From an uncultured Oscillospiraceae bacterium (GTDB taxonomy: Bacteria; Bacillota; Clostridia; Oscillospirales; Ruminococcaceae): a stretch of 64,000 bases of DNA. The notes below the pieces were generated by a model that did not search any database, was not told the DNA's origin, and worked only from the letters and a program-made list of their open reading frames with translations. Both the position numbers and the translations under genes were made by a program. The stretch's first letter is position 1. Each line of letters begins with the position of its first letter. Location: the NCBI GenBank assembly GCA_949741215.1, contig CATJLA010000101.1:5355-69354 (forward strand). Reading direction: 5' to 3'. Of this stretch, positions 9,801-18,951 are shown piece after piece.

Positions 9801-10456
9801 CTAAGCCGCAAAAACTCCCCCGCTTTTTCTGATTGCACCCGCAACGGCTCCACCCGATTTTCCAGTTCCAGCAAAATATCCTTCAGCCGCAGCAGATTCT
9901 CCTGGGCCTGTTCCAGCCGCTTTTCCGCCTCCCCCTTACGGTAGCGGAACTTGGAAATGCCCGCCGCTTCCTCAAACAGCTCCCGCCGCTGATTGCTTTT
10001 GGCGGAAACGATTTCCGCAATCCTGCCCTGCCCGATCATGGAATAACCGTCTCTGCCCAAGCCGGTATCCATAAACAGCTCGGTAATATCCTTCAAACGC
10101 ACCAAATTGCCGTTAATCCGGTACTCGCTTTCGCCGGAACGGTAGAGCTTTCGGGTAATGGTAACCTCCGGGCTTTCCAAATCAAAAAAGCCGCCGGAAT
10201 TATCCATCGTCAGGGAAACAGAGCACACCCCCTGGGCCTTCCGGCTTTTTGTTCCGCCAAAAATCACATCCTCCATTTTGCTGCCCCGCAGCGTTCTGGT
10301 AGATTGCTCCCCCAGCACCCAGCGCACCGCATCGCTGATATTGCTTTTCCCGCTGCCATTGGGGCCAACCACCGCCGTGATGCCCTCCCCAAAGGTAAGC
10401 CGGGTCTTATCAGGAAAGGACTTAAAGCCCTGAATTTCCAATGCTTTAAACCGCAT
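6842..10456 (-). CDS. smc: Chromosome partition protein SMC
   Basis: Start MRFKALEIQGFKSF with Walker A GPNGSGKSNISDA. Long heptad-rich coiled coils follow, then a hinge, and a C-terminal LSGGEQAFVAIA signature with FCLLDEIEAALD (Walker B). AAAGGAGAA lies upstream of the ATG at 10456. The track ORF extends 39 codons further upstream. Confidence 0.93.
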   Translation of the reverse strand: MRFKALEIQGFKSFPDKTRLTFGEGITAVVGPNGSGKSNISDAVRWVLGEQSTRTLRGSKMEDVIFGGTKSRKAQGVCSVSLTMDNSGGFFDLESPEVTITRKLYRSGESEYRINGNLVRLKDITELFMDTGLGRDGYSMIGQGRIAEIVSAKSNQRRELFEEAAGISKFRYRKGEAEKRLEQAQENLLRLKDILLELENRVEPLRVQSEKAGEFLRLSEEKKLLEISLWMKQLEQIKARLREQEDRLLETRGGLQQAEEQLEELEQKIAAAFEEMTRCGVQLEEGRAKIHETEEKSAENLSNQAVLENELRHLEQEKERIAIQFAEAGLSDDQLTEKEGELARELAELEAKRLELEEQFCLTGERLAEGRAEEKALLEQNGELTAKKQGLAAAQNEAKIQSVTSRSLLAEGALRQKDLEQQLEQLGQTREQALQELAQERELEAQIEQKLTQMDNRQSGYKMLLDSREKTAEQCRREVAGLEEAIRMDEQKARLYTDMERSHEGFYNSVRYLLRQAAGGMLRGVIGAVSDLIRVEPEYTLAVETACGPAIQHIVVEDEQAAKQAISLLKRENQGRATFLPLTSVRGTRLEQQGLSSCEGFVAIASDLVDCEGRFQGIVHSILGRTVVARDLDCAVPIAKRFSYRFRIVTLDGQVINAGGSFTGGSSGKTGGLLSRKNEISQLQSKIARSQEELTGAKERAAEAASQRDKMLREMKLLEEEVRMVQQDQIRCQGEQKRLALSLEEQEKQCRLTEKSLQELSGRLEQLSKEQDGAGELVERLGREMAQFEQEAGRLERRIAEAQEKTAAFTQQSHGLEMEQAALQGSKKALEERKDQYERQRQDQKARMEQLEEQNKQLAVRRHEMESRQQDLTEEKQRLTERLSQLQKQGEQLSRLRMEREKEVSGLRNEERQLSSQREGVAQQLARAEERQRSVQEEYDRIISGLWDEYQLTRTEAEEFARPVENVVLAQGQVSELKNKIRGLGTVNLSAIEEYREVFQRYNFLKGQLEDVERSREELRKLIAQLTGSMEQTFGENFKRIAQEFSNIFVDLFGGGRASLTLTDPDNLLESGIDIFVEPPGKVIKNLGLLSGGEQAFVAIAIYFAILRVRPAPFCLLDEIEAALDDVNVGRFAQYLRRLSGETQFIAITHRRGTMEEADMLYGVTMQEEGVSKLLELNVTEAEQRLLQSQEERKDAKNGVLSKN

Positions 10457-10759
10457 CCGCCTGTTCTCCTTTTTCTCTGCCGGTAATTTCCATTCTCCTG
10501 TTTGGGACGCAACTGCGCCCGGTAGCCTGTACCTTTCCGGTAGGTTTTTCACAATTTCCCGGCTTCCTCTCAAGCCTTCCGTACTAAAACCAAAAAAGTT
10601 TTCTTCGCCTATTCAAAGATGTCAGGGGGTGCTGGAAGTCATGTCATCACTTCAAGCAAAACCCCATTCAGCGGACCGGCAAAACACCTAAGCCGCAAAA
10701 GCCTTTCTGCCCCAAAAACGCCATAATATGCACAAAACAACAAGGCAGCGCTCCCGTCC

Positions 10760-11830
10760 CTAAACCATGAAATTACTCCCCCTCTGCCGACGTCGCTGTT
10801 CCCTGCGGCTCAACACGCCGGTATAGGGCTTTATCTCAAAACTTCCGTCTGATACAGGGGTAATTTTTGCTACATCATAGCCCAAAGCTTTCCACCTTGC
10901 AACATTGCGGCGGTTTAATCCTGCCGCCTGGGAAAGCGCCCCCGGAGGAACGCAAAGCTCCAAGGGCAGTTCCGTCCCCAAAGGAAACTGCTGCTTTAAC
11001 CGTTCTGTCGCCCGTAAAAACCACCGTTCCCCCTCGCACAGCTCCCGAAAAGCAGGGTGATACGGCCCGCCCACAAGCTTCTGCTCCAGCTCCCGGCCCG
11101 GGTGCAGCCCTAAGCGGATCACCCGGATGCCCTGCTGCTCAAAAAAGTCCAGCAACCCGGCGCAAAGCTCCGCCGTTTCCTCCAATCCCGGGGGACGATA
11201 GCTGCCTTGGGCGTACCAGCGGCCCATCAGGGTATTCTCCAGGGCAAGGGCAGGGTAAATCCGCATCGTTGCCGGGCAAAGGGCGGCAAGCCTTCGGGCG
11301 GTCTCCCAATCCCGCTCCGGGGTGCTGCCGGGCAGGCCGGTCATCATCTGCAGGCCTAAGGCAAAGCCATGCTCCCGCAGCGCCTTTGCCCCGGCTTCCA
11401 CCTGGGCGGCAGTGTGGCCCCGCTGATTCAAAGCAAGCAGTTCGTCACACATGGACTGCGCCCCCAGCTCCACCGCCGTTACGCCGTATTTTTGCAGCAG
11501 CCTCAGGCGGTTTTCCTCCAGCGCGTCCGGCCTGGTGGAAACACGGATCCCCCAAAAGGGCGAGCGCTCCCGCCGGAGAAAAGGGGCCGCAGCCTGCAAA
11601 TATGCCTCCATCTCCTCTATAGGAATCGCAGTAAAGCTGCCGCCAAAAAAGGCGATTTCCCCCTCTATTCCCTGCTGCCGCCACTGATCAAAAGCCTGCT
11701 CACAGCTTTTTGCTACCTCCTTAGGCTCAGGGGGGCGCGGCGTTCCGGAAATGCTGTGCTGGTCGCAAAAGCTGCACCGATGAGGGCAGCCTGCATGGGG
11801 AATAAAAAAGCTGAGATTACCCCGCCTCAT
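10760..11830 (-). CDS. Radical SAM protein (ELP3/YhcC-like)
   Basis: N-terminal CPHRCSFCDQ (CxxxCxxC) cluster motif, 356 aa. The 4-nt overlap with rnc suggests translational coupling. Confidence 0.75.
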   Translation of the reverse strand: MRRGNLSFFIPHAGCPHRCSFCDQHSISGTPRPPEPKEVAKSCEQAFDQWRQQGIEGEIAFFGGSFTAIPIEEMEAYLQAAAPFLRRERSPFWGIRVSTRPDALEENRLRLLQKYGVTAVELGAQSMCDELLALNQRGHTAAQVEAGAKALREHGFALGLQMMTGLPGSTPERDWETARRLAALCPATMRIYPALALENTLMGRWYAQGSYRPPGLEETAELCAGLLDFFEQQGIRVIRLGLHPGRELEQKLVGGPYHPAFRELCEGERWFLRATERLKQQFPLGTELPLELCVPPGALSQAAGLNRRNVARWKALGYDVAKITPVSDGSFEIKPYTGVLSRREQRRRQRGSNFMV

Positions 11831-12540
11831 TCGCCCATCAGCTCCAAAGCTTCCTTGGCAGCCATCTGCTCGGCATTTTTTTTGCTTTTGCCAACTCCCC
11901 GCCCAATGACGTTGCTGTTAAGATGTACCTCCACCGTAAAGCGTTTATCATGGTCCGGGCCGGATTCCTCCACCAGCACATAGCTAACCTTTTCCTCCGG
12001 GTTTTTCTGCACAATCTCCTGAAGCAGTGTTTTGTAGTCCTGAAAGCCGCCGGAGCCGTGGCTGTCCAGATAAGGCTGCACAAAGGGCAGTACAAACCGC
12101 CGGGCAGGCTCCATGCCGCCATCCAAATAAACAGCTGCAATCAGCGCTTCAAAGGCGTCCGCTAAAATAGAGGGCCGTTTTCTGCCGCCCATCAGCTCCT
12201 CGCCCCGGCCCAAAAGCAGCGCGTCTCCCAGGCATATCTTCTGGGCAAACTGACAAAGGGAAGCCTCACATACCAGCGAAGCCCGTATTTTAGTCAGCTC
12301 TCCCTCAGGCAGATGGGCATAATTGCGGTAAATATAGTCCGAAACCACAATGGAAAGCACCGCGTCCCCCAAAAACTCCTGCCGCTCATTGCACACCGAG
12401 CCTTTTTTTATCTCGTTGGCATAGGAGGAGTGGGTAAGGGCAATGGTAAGATAATTCTCGTCCTTAAAATGATAGCCAATACGTTCTTCCAGCTCATAAT
12501 GCTGTTTTAGGGAACTGCTCCCCTGATTTTTCCGGTTCAT
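11827..12540 (-). CDS. rnc: Ribonuclease III
   Basis: ERQEFLGDAVLSIVVSDYIY (RNase III signature) with a C-terminal dsRBD (DYKTLLQEI...GVGKSKKNAEQMAAKEAL). I chose the start at the internal Met (MNRKNQ...). Confidence 0.9.
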   Translation of the reverse strand: MNRKNQGSSSLKQHYELEERIGYHFKDENYLTIALTHSSYANEIKKGSVCNERQEFLGDAVLSIVVSDYIYRNYAHLPEGELTKIRASLVCEASLCQFAQKICLGDALLLGRGEELMGGRKRPSILADAFEALIAAVYLDGGMEPARRFVLPFVQPYLDSHGSGGFQDYKTLLQEIVQKNPEEKVSYVLVEESGPDHDKRFTVEVHLNSNVIGRGVGKSKKNAEQMAAKEALELMGE

Positions 12541-12689
12541 CTGATACCTCCGTATCCATAAAGGAGGGCCCAAAGCAGATTTGAAAAGCCAGTCCAACCG
12601 GGGCTGCGCCTTTCAAATGGGCTTTGTGTCCTTCGGCTTCCGGCAATGGGGAGGAACACGGGCCTTGCCCTCCTCCCCGCCGCACGTTT

Positions 12690-13901
12690 TTATTCTTCCT
12701 GGGGGGTTTCCGCTCTTATGACGTCGCCAGGCTTCTGCTCCTTTGCAGCCTCCTGCTCGGGCGCCAAAGCCTCAGGCAGCTCTGCCGTCCCAACAGCATC
12801 CCGGGCTTGCTCCGGCTGCTCCGGCGCGGGTGTTTCCGGCGGCAGCTGCTGCTTTAACTGCTCCAGCTCCTCCTTCAGTTCCCGTTTGTCCTTCTGCAGC
12901 TGCTCCCTCTCCTGCATCCGCTCCAACGAGTCCCGCATCATGCCGATCAAGTTCTGCTCACAGCACCGTATCGCCTGCCGGATCGCGCTTTGAATCGCCT
13001 TGGCGTCTGAGCTGCCGTGGGCCTTAATCACCACCTTGGAGGCCCCCAGCAGCGGTGCGCCGCCGTACTCCTTGTAGTCCATCTTGGCCTGGAAGGATTT
13101 GATCCCGCTGTATACAAACGCAGCGCCCACCTTCGTCCCCAGGTTTTTGGTGAACATCCCCTTGATCTCCTTGCCCAGATAAGAGCCCAGCCCCTCGGTC
13201 AGCTTGAGGATCACGTTGCCGGTAAAGCCATCCGCCACCACAACGTCCGCCGCGCCGTAAGGGATATCCCTGGGCTCCACATTGCCGGCGAAATTCAGGT
13301 GAGAGGCCTTCAGCAGCCGGTAAGCCTCCTGCTGGAGAGGGGTTCCCTTGCCCTCCTCCGCCCCGATATTCACCAAACCTACCCGGGGGTTTTCAATGCC
13401 CATTACGCCCTTCATGTAGGCGCTGCCCATCATAGCAAACTGCACCAGCATTTCGGGGCGGCACTCGGCATTCGCGCCTGCGTCTGCCAAAAAATAACAG
13501 CCTGTAGCGCTGGGGATCACCGTTCCGATAGCTACCCGCTTAATCCCCTTCAGACGCTTTACAATCAGGGAGGCCCCCACCACCAGCGCGCCGGTACTGC
13601 CGGCGGAAACAAAAGCGTCCCCCTTGCCCTCACTGAGCAAACCGCAGCCGATAGCCATAGAGCTGCCGGCATATTTTTTGAGAAGCTCGGTAGGCTCTGC
13701 CTCCACCGGCATTACCTGGGCTGCCTGCACAATTTCCAGCTTTTTCAGGGAAATTTTATTCTCCTTGGCGGCAGCCTTGATTTTTTCCTTATCGCCCACC
13801 ACTATAATTTCGGCATGATACTCATCGGCAGCCGCAGCGCAGCCCTTCAGGATTTCCACCGGCGCGTGATCTCCGCCAAAAGCATCCACAATAATCCTCA
13901 T
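12690..13901 (-). CDS. plsX: Phosphate acyltransferase PlsX with a ~75-aa low-complexity C-terminal extension
   Basis: MRIIVDAFGGDHAP..., typical PlsX over about 330 aa, followed by an E/Q/K/P-rich tail (QEREQLQKDKRELKEELEQLKQQLPPETPAPEQPEQ...). Confidence 0.9.
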   Translation of the reverse strand: MRIIVDAFGGDHAPVEILKGCAAAADEYHAEIIVVGDKEKIKAAAKENKISLKKLEIVQAAQVMPVEAEPTELLKKYAGSSMAIGCGLLSEGKGDAFVSAGSTGALVVGASLIVKRLKGIKRVAIGTVIPSATGCYFLADAGANAECRPEMLVQFAMMGSAYMKGVMGIENPRVGLVNIGAEEGKGTPLQQEAYRLLKASHLNFAGNVEPRDIPYGAADVVVADGFTGNVILKLTEGLGSYLGKEIKGMFTKNLGTKVGAAFVYSGIKSFQAKMDYKEYGGAPLLGASKVVIKAHGSSDAKAIQSAIRQAIRCCEQNLIGMMRDSLERMQEREQLQKDKRELKEELEQLKQQLPPETPAPEQPEQARDAVGTAELPEALAPEQEAAKEQKPGDVIRAETPQEE

Positions 13902-13929
13902 TGTTTTTACCCCTCCCTTTCATCGCTTC

Positions 13930-14559
13930 TCATTCTGTCAAATCCTCCAGCCTTCCCCTTTGGATCGCCTCCAGGTTCCGGGCAATCCGTTCCAAAGGCC
14001 AGTCCCACCACTTCAGCTCCAGCAGGGCGTCTATGGTCTCCTGCTCAAACCGCCTGCGGATCACCTTAGCCGGAACACCCCCTACAATGCTGTAGGGCGG
14101 CACATCCCTGGTTACAACCGCCCGGGTCCCGATCACCGCTCCGTCCCCAACTGTAACCCCGGCCAAAATAACCGCCTCATAGCCAATCCAAACGTCGTTG
14201 CCAATTACAATATCGCCCTTGTTATCCCAAGCCTGAGCCACATTTTTGCTGTCCAGTCCCCACTCCTCATAAAAGATAGGAAACGGGTAAGCAGCAAGGG
14301 ACGCAAGCGCATGGTTTCCGCCGTTAAACAAGAACCTTGCCCCACAGGCAATGGAACAGAACCTCCCTATCACCAGCCTGTCCCGGTTCACCGGGTAATG
14401 GTACAGTACGTTATTTTTCTCAAACTGCCGGGGATCGTTCACAAAGTCGTTGTACATGGTAAAATCGCCCACAATAATGCTGGGGTCGGTTATCACCGGC
14501 TTTAAGTAAACGGTTTGGGTGTCCCCTGTGCGGGGGAATATCTTTTCCGGTATCATCAT
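13930..14559 (-). CDS. Xenobiotic (hexapeptide-repeat) acyltransferase, Vat-type streptogramin A O-acetyltransferase-like
   Basis: 209 aa. The pattern LYHYP...IGRFCSIA.G......GNH....L..YPF...W, GNDVWIG..AVI..GV.VGDGA and a C-terminal [11 protein letters not shown] closely parallels the Vat(D)/SatA sequence as I recall it. Confidence 0.75.
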   Translation of the reverse strand: MMIPEKIFPRTGDTQTVYLKPVITDPSIIVGDFTMYNDFVNDPRQFEKNNVLYHYPVNRDRLVIGRFCSIACGARFLFNGGNHALASLAAYPFPIFYEEWGLDSKNVAQAWDNKGDIVIGNDVWIGYEAVILAGVTVGDGAVIGTRAVVTRDVPPYSIVGGVPAKVIRRRFEQETIDALLELKWWDWPLERIARNLEAIQRGRLEDLTE

Positions 14560-14634
14560 ATCAGCATCCTTCTGCTTTATTTTTTAGCGGACGATACCGG
14601 TTATTACAATGCAGCGCTTCACCTGTTTCCCCTC

Positions 14635-15984
14635 TTATTCCATATTTTTTAGGGACGTCCCGCATCCCTCATTCCGCAAAGCCTGTTCCAAATCCGCCAT
14701 AGCCCTCTCGGCCACCCGGAGATAGCGTTTCGCCTTATCCCTCTCCCGTTCGCCCAAGGGGGGCAGCAGCCCCATGTTGCTGCCCATGGGCTGAAAATCC
14801 TTCACCGCCGGATCACTGATATAGCGGCACAAAGCTCCCATCATGGTGGTAGGGGGCAGCTCAAAGGGTATTTTCCCCTCTAACTGCCAGGCCATATTCA
14901 GCCCCGCCCAAATGCCGGAGGCCGCAGATTCCATATACCCCTCCACACCGGTAATCTGCCCGGCAAAATAGATCCTCGGTTCCTTTTTCAGCCGGAAGCT
15001 CTGCTCCAACAGCCGGGGGCTGTCCAAAAAGGTATTGCGGTGCATTACCCCATATCGAACAAACTCCGCCGTCTCCAGCCCCGGAATCATGGAAAACACC
15101 CGCTTTTGTTCCCCAAACTTCAGGTTGGTTTGAAAGCCCACTAAATTATAGAGCGTTCCCTCCGTATTTTCCCGCCGCAGCTGTACCACCGCCCAAGGAC
15201 GATGTCCCGTTTTCGGGTCCCGCAACCCTACCGGCTTCAGGGGTCCGTAGCGCAGGGTATCCGGCCCTCTTCTGGCCATAATTTCCACCGGCATACAGCC
15301 CTCATACGCCTGGGGCCCCCTGCTGTCAAATTCATGCAGCTGAGCCTGCTCTGCGTGAACCAGAGCATCGTAAAAAGCCTCATATTCCTCCTTGGTAAAA
15401 GGGCAGTTGATGTAGTCATCCTCCCCCCGTCCATACCGGGCGGCAAAAAACACCCGCTCTTTTTGGATAGAAGCATATGAAACAATAGGCGCAGCCGCGT
15501 CATAAAAGCTGAGGTAGCCGGTTTCCTCCCCCAACAGCCGCCGGATCGCCTCCGCAAGCGGCTCGCTGGTCAACGGCCCTGAAGCAATTATCACCGGCCC
15601 CTTCGGTATCTCCGCCACCTCTTCCCGGACGATTTCTATCCCCGGGTGCTGCGCAATCTGGCAGGTCACTGCGTCCGAAAAGCGTTCCCTGTCCACCGCC
15701 AGCGCCCCGCCTGCCGCCACAGCGCAGCTTTTTGCCACAGGCACCAGCAGGGAGCCCAGCCGCTCCATCTCCGCCTTCAAAAGCCCGGCGGCAGAGCCTA
15801 ACCGCTGGGCCTTTAAGGAATTGGAGCAAACCAGCTCCGCAAACCCCGGGCTGCGGTGGGCCGGGGAATATTTGTGTGGCTTCATTTCATAAAGCCGCAC
15901 AAAATGTCCCCGGTTTGCCAGCTGCCAGGCCGCCTCACAGCCCGCCATCCCGGCGCCGATTACCGTAACCTCCGCCGTCATCAA
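14635..15984 (-). CDS. trmFO: Methylenetetrahydrofolate--tRNA-(uracil-5-)-methyltransferase TrmFO
   Basis: VIGAGMAGCEAAWQLA FAD-binding N-terminus, 449 aa, downstream of topA as in Firmicutes. The last 10 codons read through a copy of the intergenic motif, so the true stop context is worth checking. Confidence 0.9.
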   Translation of the reverse strand: MMTAEVTVIGAGMAGCEAAWQLANRGHFVRLYEMKPHKYSPAHRSPGFAELVCSNSLKAQRLGSAAGLLKAEMERLGSLLVPVAKSCAVAAGGALAVDRERFSDAVTCQIAQHPGIEIVREEVAEIPKGPVIIASGPLTSEPLAEAIRRLLGEETGYLSFYDAAAPIVSYASIQKERVFFAARYGRGEDDYINCPFTKEEYEAFYDALVHAEQAQLHEFDSRGPQAYEGCMPVEIMARRGPDTLRYGPLKPVGLRDPKTGHRPWAVVQLRRENTEGTLYNLVGFQTNLKFGEQKRVFSMIPGLETAEFVRYGVMHRNTFLDSPRLLEQSFRLKKEPRIYFAGQITGVEGYMESAASGIWAGLNMAWQLEGKIPFELPPTTMMGALCRYISDPAVKDFQPMGSNMGLLPPLGERERDKAKRYLRVAERAMADLEQALRNEGCGTSLKNME

Positions 15985-18077
15985 GCTTTTCCGCTCCTCT
16001 CAAAGCCGCAGCCCTCCTTGGCGCAGTACACCTTGCCTGCCTTCCCCTTTTTGCGGAAGAGGGAAGCCCCGCACTTCGGGCATTTATCCCCAATCGGCTG
16101 ATCCCAGCTCATAAACCCGCACTCAGGGTTATGCTCGCAGCCAAAATAAGCCTTTCCGTTCTTCGACTTTTTCGCCAGCATTTTACCGCCGCACACCGGG
16201 CAGTTGCCCTCGGTAGGCTTCACAATTTTTTTAGTGTTTTTACATTCCGGAAAGCCCGGGCAGGCCAAAAACTTGCCAAACCTGCCGGATTTCACCACCA
16301 TATTCCGCCCGCACAGCTCGCAGACAACATCGGTCTCCTCATCCGGAATCTTGATTTTGGTGCCATCCAGGGTTTTTTGGGCCTGCTCCAAGGATTTTCC
16401 AAAGTCCTTATAAAAATCGTCCAGGATTTTCACCCAATCCCGGCGGCCCTCCTCCACCTGGTCCAGGTTTTTCTCCATCTTGGCGGTAAAGCTTACATCC
16501 ACAATATTCTGGAAGTTTTCTTCAATAAACTGGGTGGTTACCTCCCCAAGATAGGTAGGCTTCAGCGCCTTCTGCTCCCGCTCCACATACTCTCGGGCCA
16601 TAATCGTGGTAATGGTAGGCGCGTAGGTACTGGGGCGTCCAATGCCGTTTTCCTCCAGCGCCTTAATTAAAGAGGCCTCTGTAAACCGGGCCGGCGGCTG
16701 GGTAAAGTGCTGGGCCGGGTCTATTGATTTCACCTTCAGCACATCGTTTTCCGCCAAAGGAGGCAGCGCGCCGCTTTCCTCCTCCTCTTCGTCCTTACCC
16801 TCTTCATACAGAATTGTAAAGCCCTCAAACTTTACAGAATAGCCCGACGCCTTAAAAAGATACCGTCCGGCCGAGATTTCCGCATTCACAGTATCCAGCA
16901 AAGCAGTGGCCATCTGGCTGGCAATAAACCGCTCCCAAATCAGCTTATAAAGCTTATACTGGTCGGCGGTCAAAGCGTCCTGTACCTGATCAGGCGAAAG
17001 CTCCGGCATGGTAGGACGAATCGCCTCATGGGCGTCCTGCGCATTGGACTTGGACTTATAAACCTTTGGGGACGGGGGCAGGTAATTTTTTCCATAGCGC
17101 TGGGTAATATAATTCGCCGCCTGCTCCTGTGCCTCGGCAGAAATGCGCAGAGAGTCAGTCCGCATGTAGGTAATTAAGCCTACTGCACCCATGTCCTTGA
17201 TTTCAACGCCTTCATATAATTCCTGCGCCGCCTTCATGGTGCGCCGGGCCTGAAATCCCAGCTTGCGGGAGGCCTCCTGCTGCAGGGTAGACGTAGTGAA
17301 CGGGGCAGCCGGAGACTTTCTCCGAACCCCCTTTTTCAAAGAGGTCACCACAAATTCCTCTTTAGAGGCACCCTCCACCACGCTTTTGGCCTGCTCCTCG
17401 GTTTTCAGCTCCACCTTCTCGCCGTCTATTCCGTAAAACCGGGCATTAAACGCCTTACGAGAACCCTTTCCCAGCACCTTCGCGTCAATGGTCCAGTATT
17501 CCTCCGGCTTAAACGCCCGGATCTCATTCTCCCGGTCCACAATCAGCCGCATAGCAACCGACTGCACCCGCCCGGCCGAAAGCCCGCTTTTAATCTTCTT
17601 CCACAAAATCGGGCTGATCTGATACCCCACTACCCGGTCCAAAATCCGCCGGGCCTGCTGGGCGTTCACCAAATCCAAATTAATCTCTCTGGGATGAGCC
17701 ATCCCGCTCTGCACACCGGTTTTGGTAATCTCATTAAAGGTCACCCTGTTGGCGTCCTTTACATCCAGCTTCAGCAGGTGAGCCAAATGCCAGGAGATCG
17801 CCTCCCCCTCCCGGTCCGGGTCGGTTGCCAGGTAAACGGTATCCGCCTTTTTGGCGGCGGTTTTCAGGGTACGGATCACATCCTCCTTCCCCCGCATGGC
17901 AATATACTGGGGCTGAAAATGATTCTCCAGATCCACTCCCAGCTTACTTTTGGGCAGATCCCGCACATGGCCCATAGAGGCCACCACCTCATAACCCTTG
18001 CCCAAATATTTCTGTATTGTTTTGGCTTTCGCCGGAGATTCCACAATCACTAAATTATGTTTTGTCTGCGTTGGCAT
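15981..18077 (-). CDS. topA: DNA topoisomerase I
   Basis: Toprim N-terminus LVIVESPAKAKTIQKYLG, active-site region ITYMRTDS, and three C-terminal CxxC...C zinc-ribbon repeats. I chose the start at MPTQTKHN. Confidence 0.93.
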   Translation of the reverse strand: MPTQTKHNLVIVESPAKAKTIQKYLGKGYEVVASMGHVRDLPKSKLGVDLENHFQPQYIAMRGKEDVIRTLKTAAKKADTVYLATDPDREGEAISWHLAHLLKLDVKDANRVTFNEITKTGVQSGMAHPREINLDLVNAQQARRILDRVVGYQISPILWKKIKSGLSAGRVQSVAMRLIVDRENEIRAFKPEEYWTIDAKVLGKGSRKAFNARFYGIDGEKVELKTEEQAKSVVEGASKEEFVVTSLKKGVRRKSPAAPFTTSTLQQEASRKLGFQARRTMKAAQELYEGVEIKDMGAVGLITYMRTDSLRISAEAQEQAANYITQRYGKNYLPPSPKVYKSKSNAQDAHEAIRPTMPELSPDQVQDALTADQYKLYKLIWERFIASQMATALLDTVNAEISAGRYLFKASGYSVKFEGFTILYEEGKDEEEEESGALPPLAENDVLKVKSIDPAQHFTQPPARFTEASLIKALEENGIGRPSTYAPTITTIMAREYVEREQKALKPTYLGEVTTQFIEENFQNIVDVSFTAKMEKNLDQVEEGRRDWVKILDDFYKDFGKSLEQAQKTLDGTKIKIPDEETDVVCELCGRNMVVKSGRFGKFLACPGFPECKNTKKIVKPTEGNCPVCGGKMLAKKSKNGKAYFGCEHNPECGFMSWDQPIGDKCPKCGASLFRKKGKAGKVYCAKEGCGFERSGKA

Positions 18078-18480
18078 AGCAATCCATCTACCGCCTTTCC
18101 ATAATTTCAATGGGTTAAAGCTATCGCTTTTCAGGCAATTTTCTTTCCTTTTAGTATAATCTATCCTTATTTATCCATTCAGGACGTCGCACCGCTGGTT
18201 GTGCCGTGCCCATCCTCTCATCTGCAAAGCTTCCAATTTCGTCCTGCAGCCGAAAACGAAATCAAAGCGCCTACATCTGTTACAGGCTATGCAGAACAGA
18301 ACTTCAAAAACACTTTGTATTAAACAAACCTTCCCGCATTTTGCCTGCCTCCAGTGAATTTTCAGCCAGATCCAAAGCGAGAAACGGCAAATCGGCAGTT
18401 TCGTCCCAAAAACGGAAATAAAATTACCTGAAAAAAGATAGCCCTCGGGTACTTCTTTCCCAGAAGTATTCCCCTTTTTG

Positions 18481-18698
18481 AAGTAAAAAGTAATAGTGAA
18501 TAGTAAATAGTGGAGGTACGTTCCTTGCAGGAACGATTGGAATGTTGCTGTGGATTTTTTTGGCGATGCCCATCCTATAGGGCCGCCATTGAAATAGTCG
18601 CCCCATCTTCCTTGTTTTTCCCGAAAAGACATCGGAGAGAACTTTTCAGCCATGTGTACAGCACGGCCGAAGCATAAAAATGCACAGCTATTTTGCTT
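18481..18698. repeat. Non-coding repeat family, copy A (long form, ~218 nt)
   Basis: The core CATTGAAATAGTCGCCCCATCTTCCTTGTTTTTCCCGAAAAGACATCGGAGAG...GCACGGCCGAAGC is shared with copies B and C. The ends AAGTAAAA (18481-18488) and TTTTGCTT (18691-18698) can pair. Confidence 0.7.
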
Positions 18699-18951
18699 AA
18701 AATTAAAGTGTGCGAAACGGAAAAATCTTCTGCTCAAGCCTTTTCAGAAGCCACGTTATTACTTTAGGCAGGCGCCTGCGGAGAGCAGAACACCCCTTGC
18801 CCCCCCCCACAAATCAGGGAGACGAAAAGACGCAGTGTAATTCTTGCAAATATTTGCTGCATAAAGTACCATGGAAGTTTCTAACCGCGCCGGAAACGCC
18901 GATCATCGGTAAATACAAAATGCAACAAGGCCTCCGCCTTTCCTCAAAAAC

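Noticed and set aside
18171-18737. 188-aa minus-strand ORF in the dprA-topA spacer, and a 51-aa + strand ORF that starts at a TTG after GGAGGT inside repeat copy A.
   Set aside because: Neither has protein-like features. The region is covered by a repeat whose copies differ by frame-breaking indels: copy B carries an extra G in the core. No reading frame is therefore conserved between copies.
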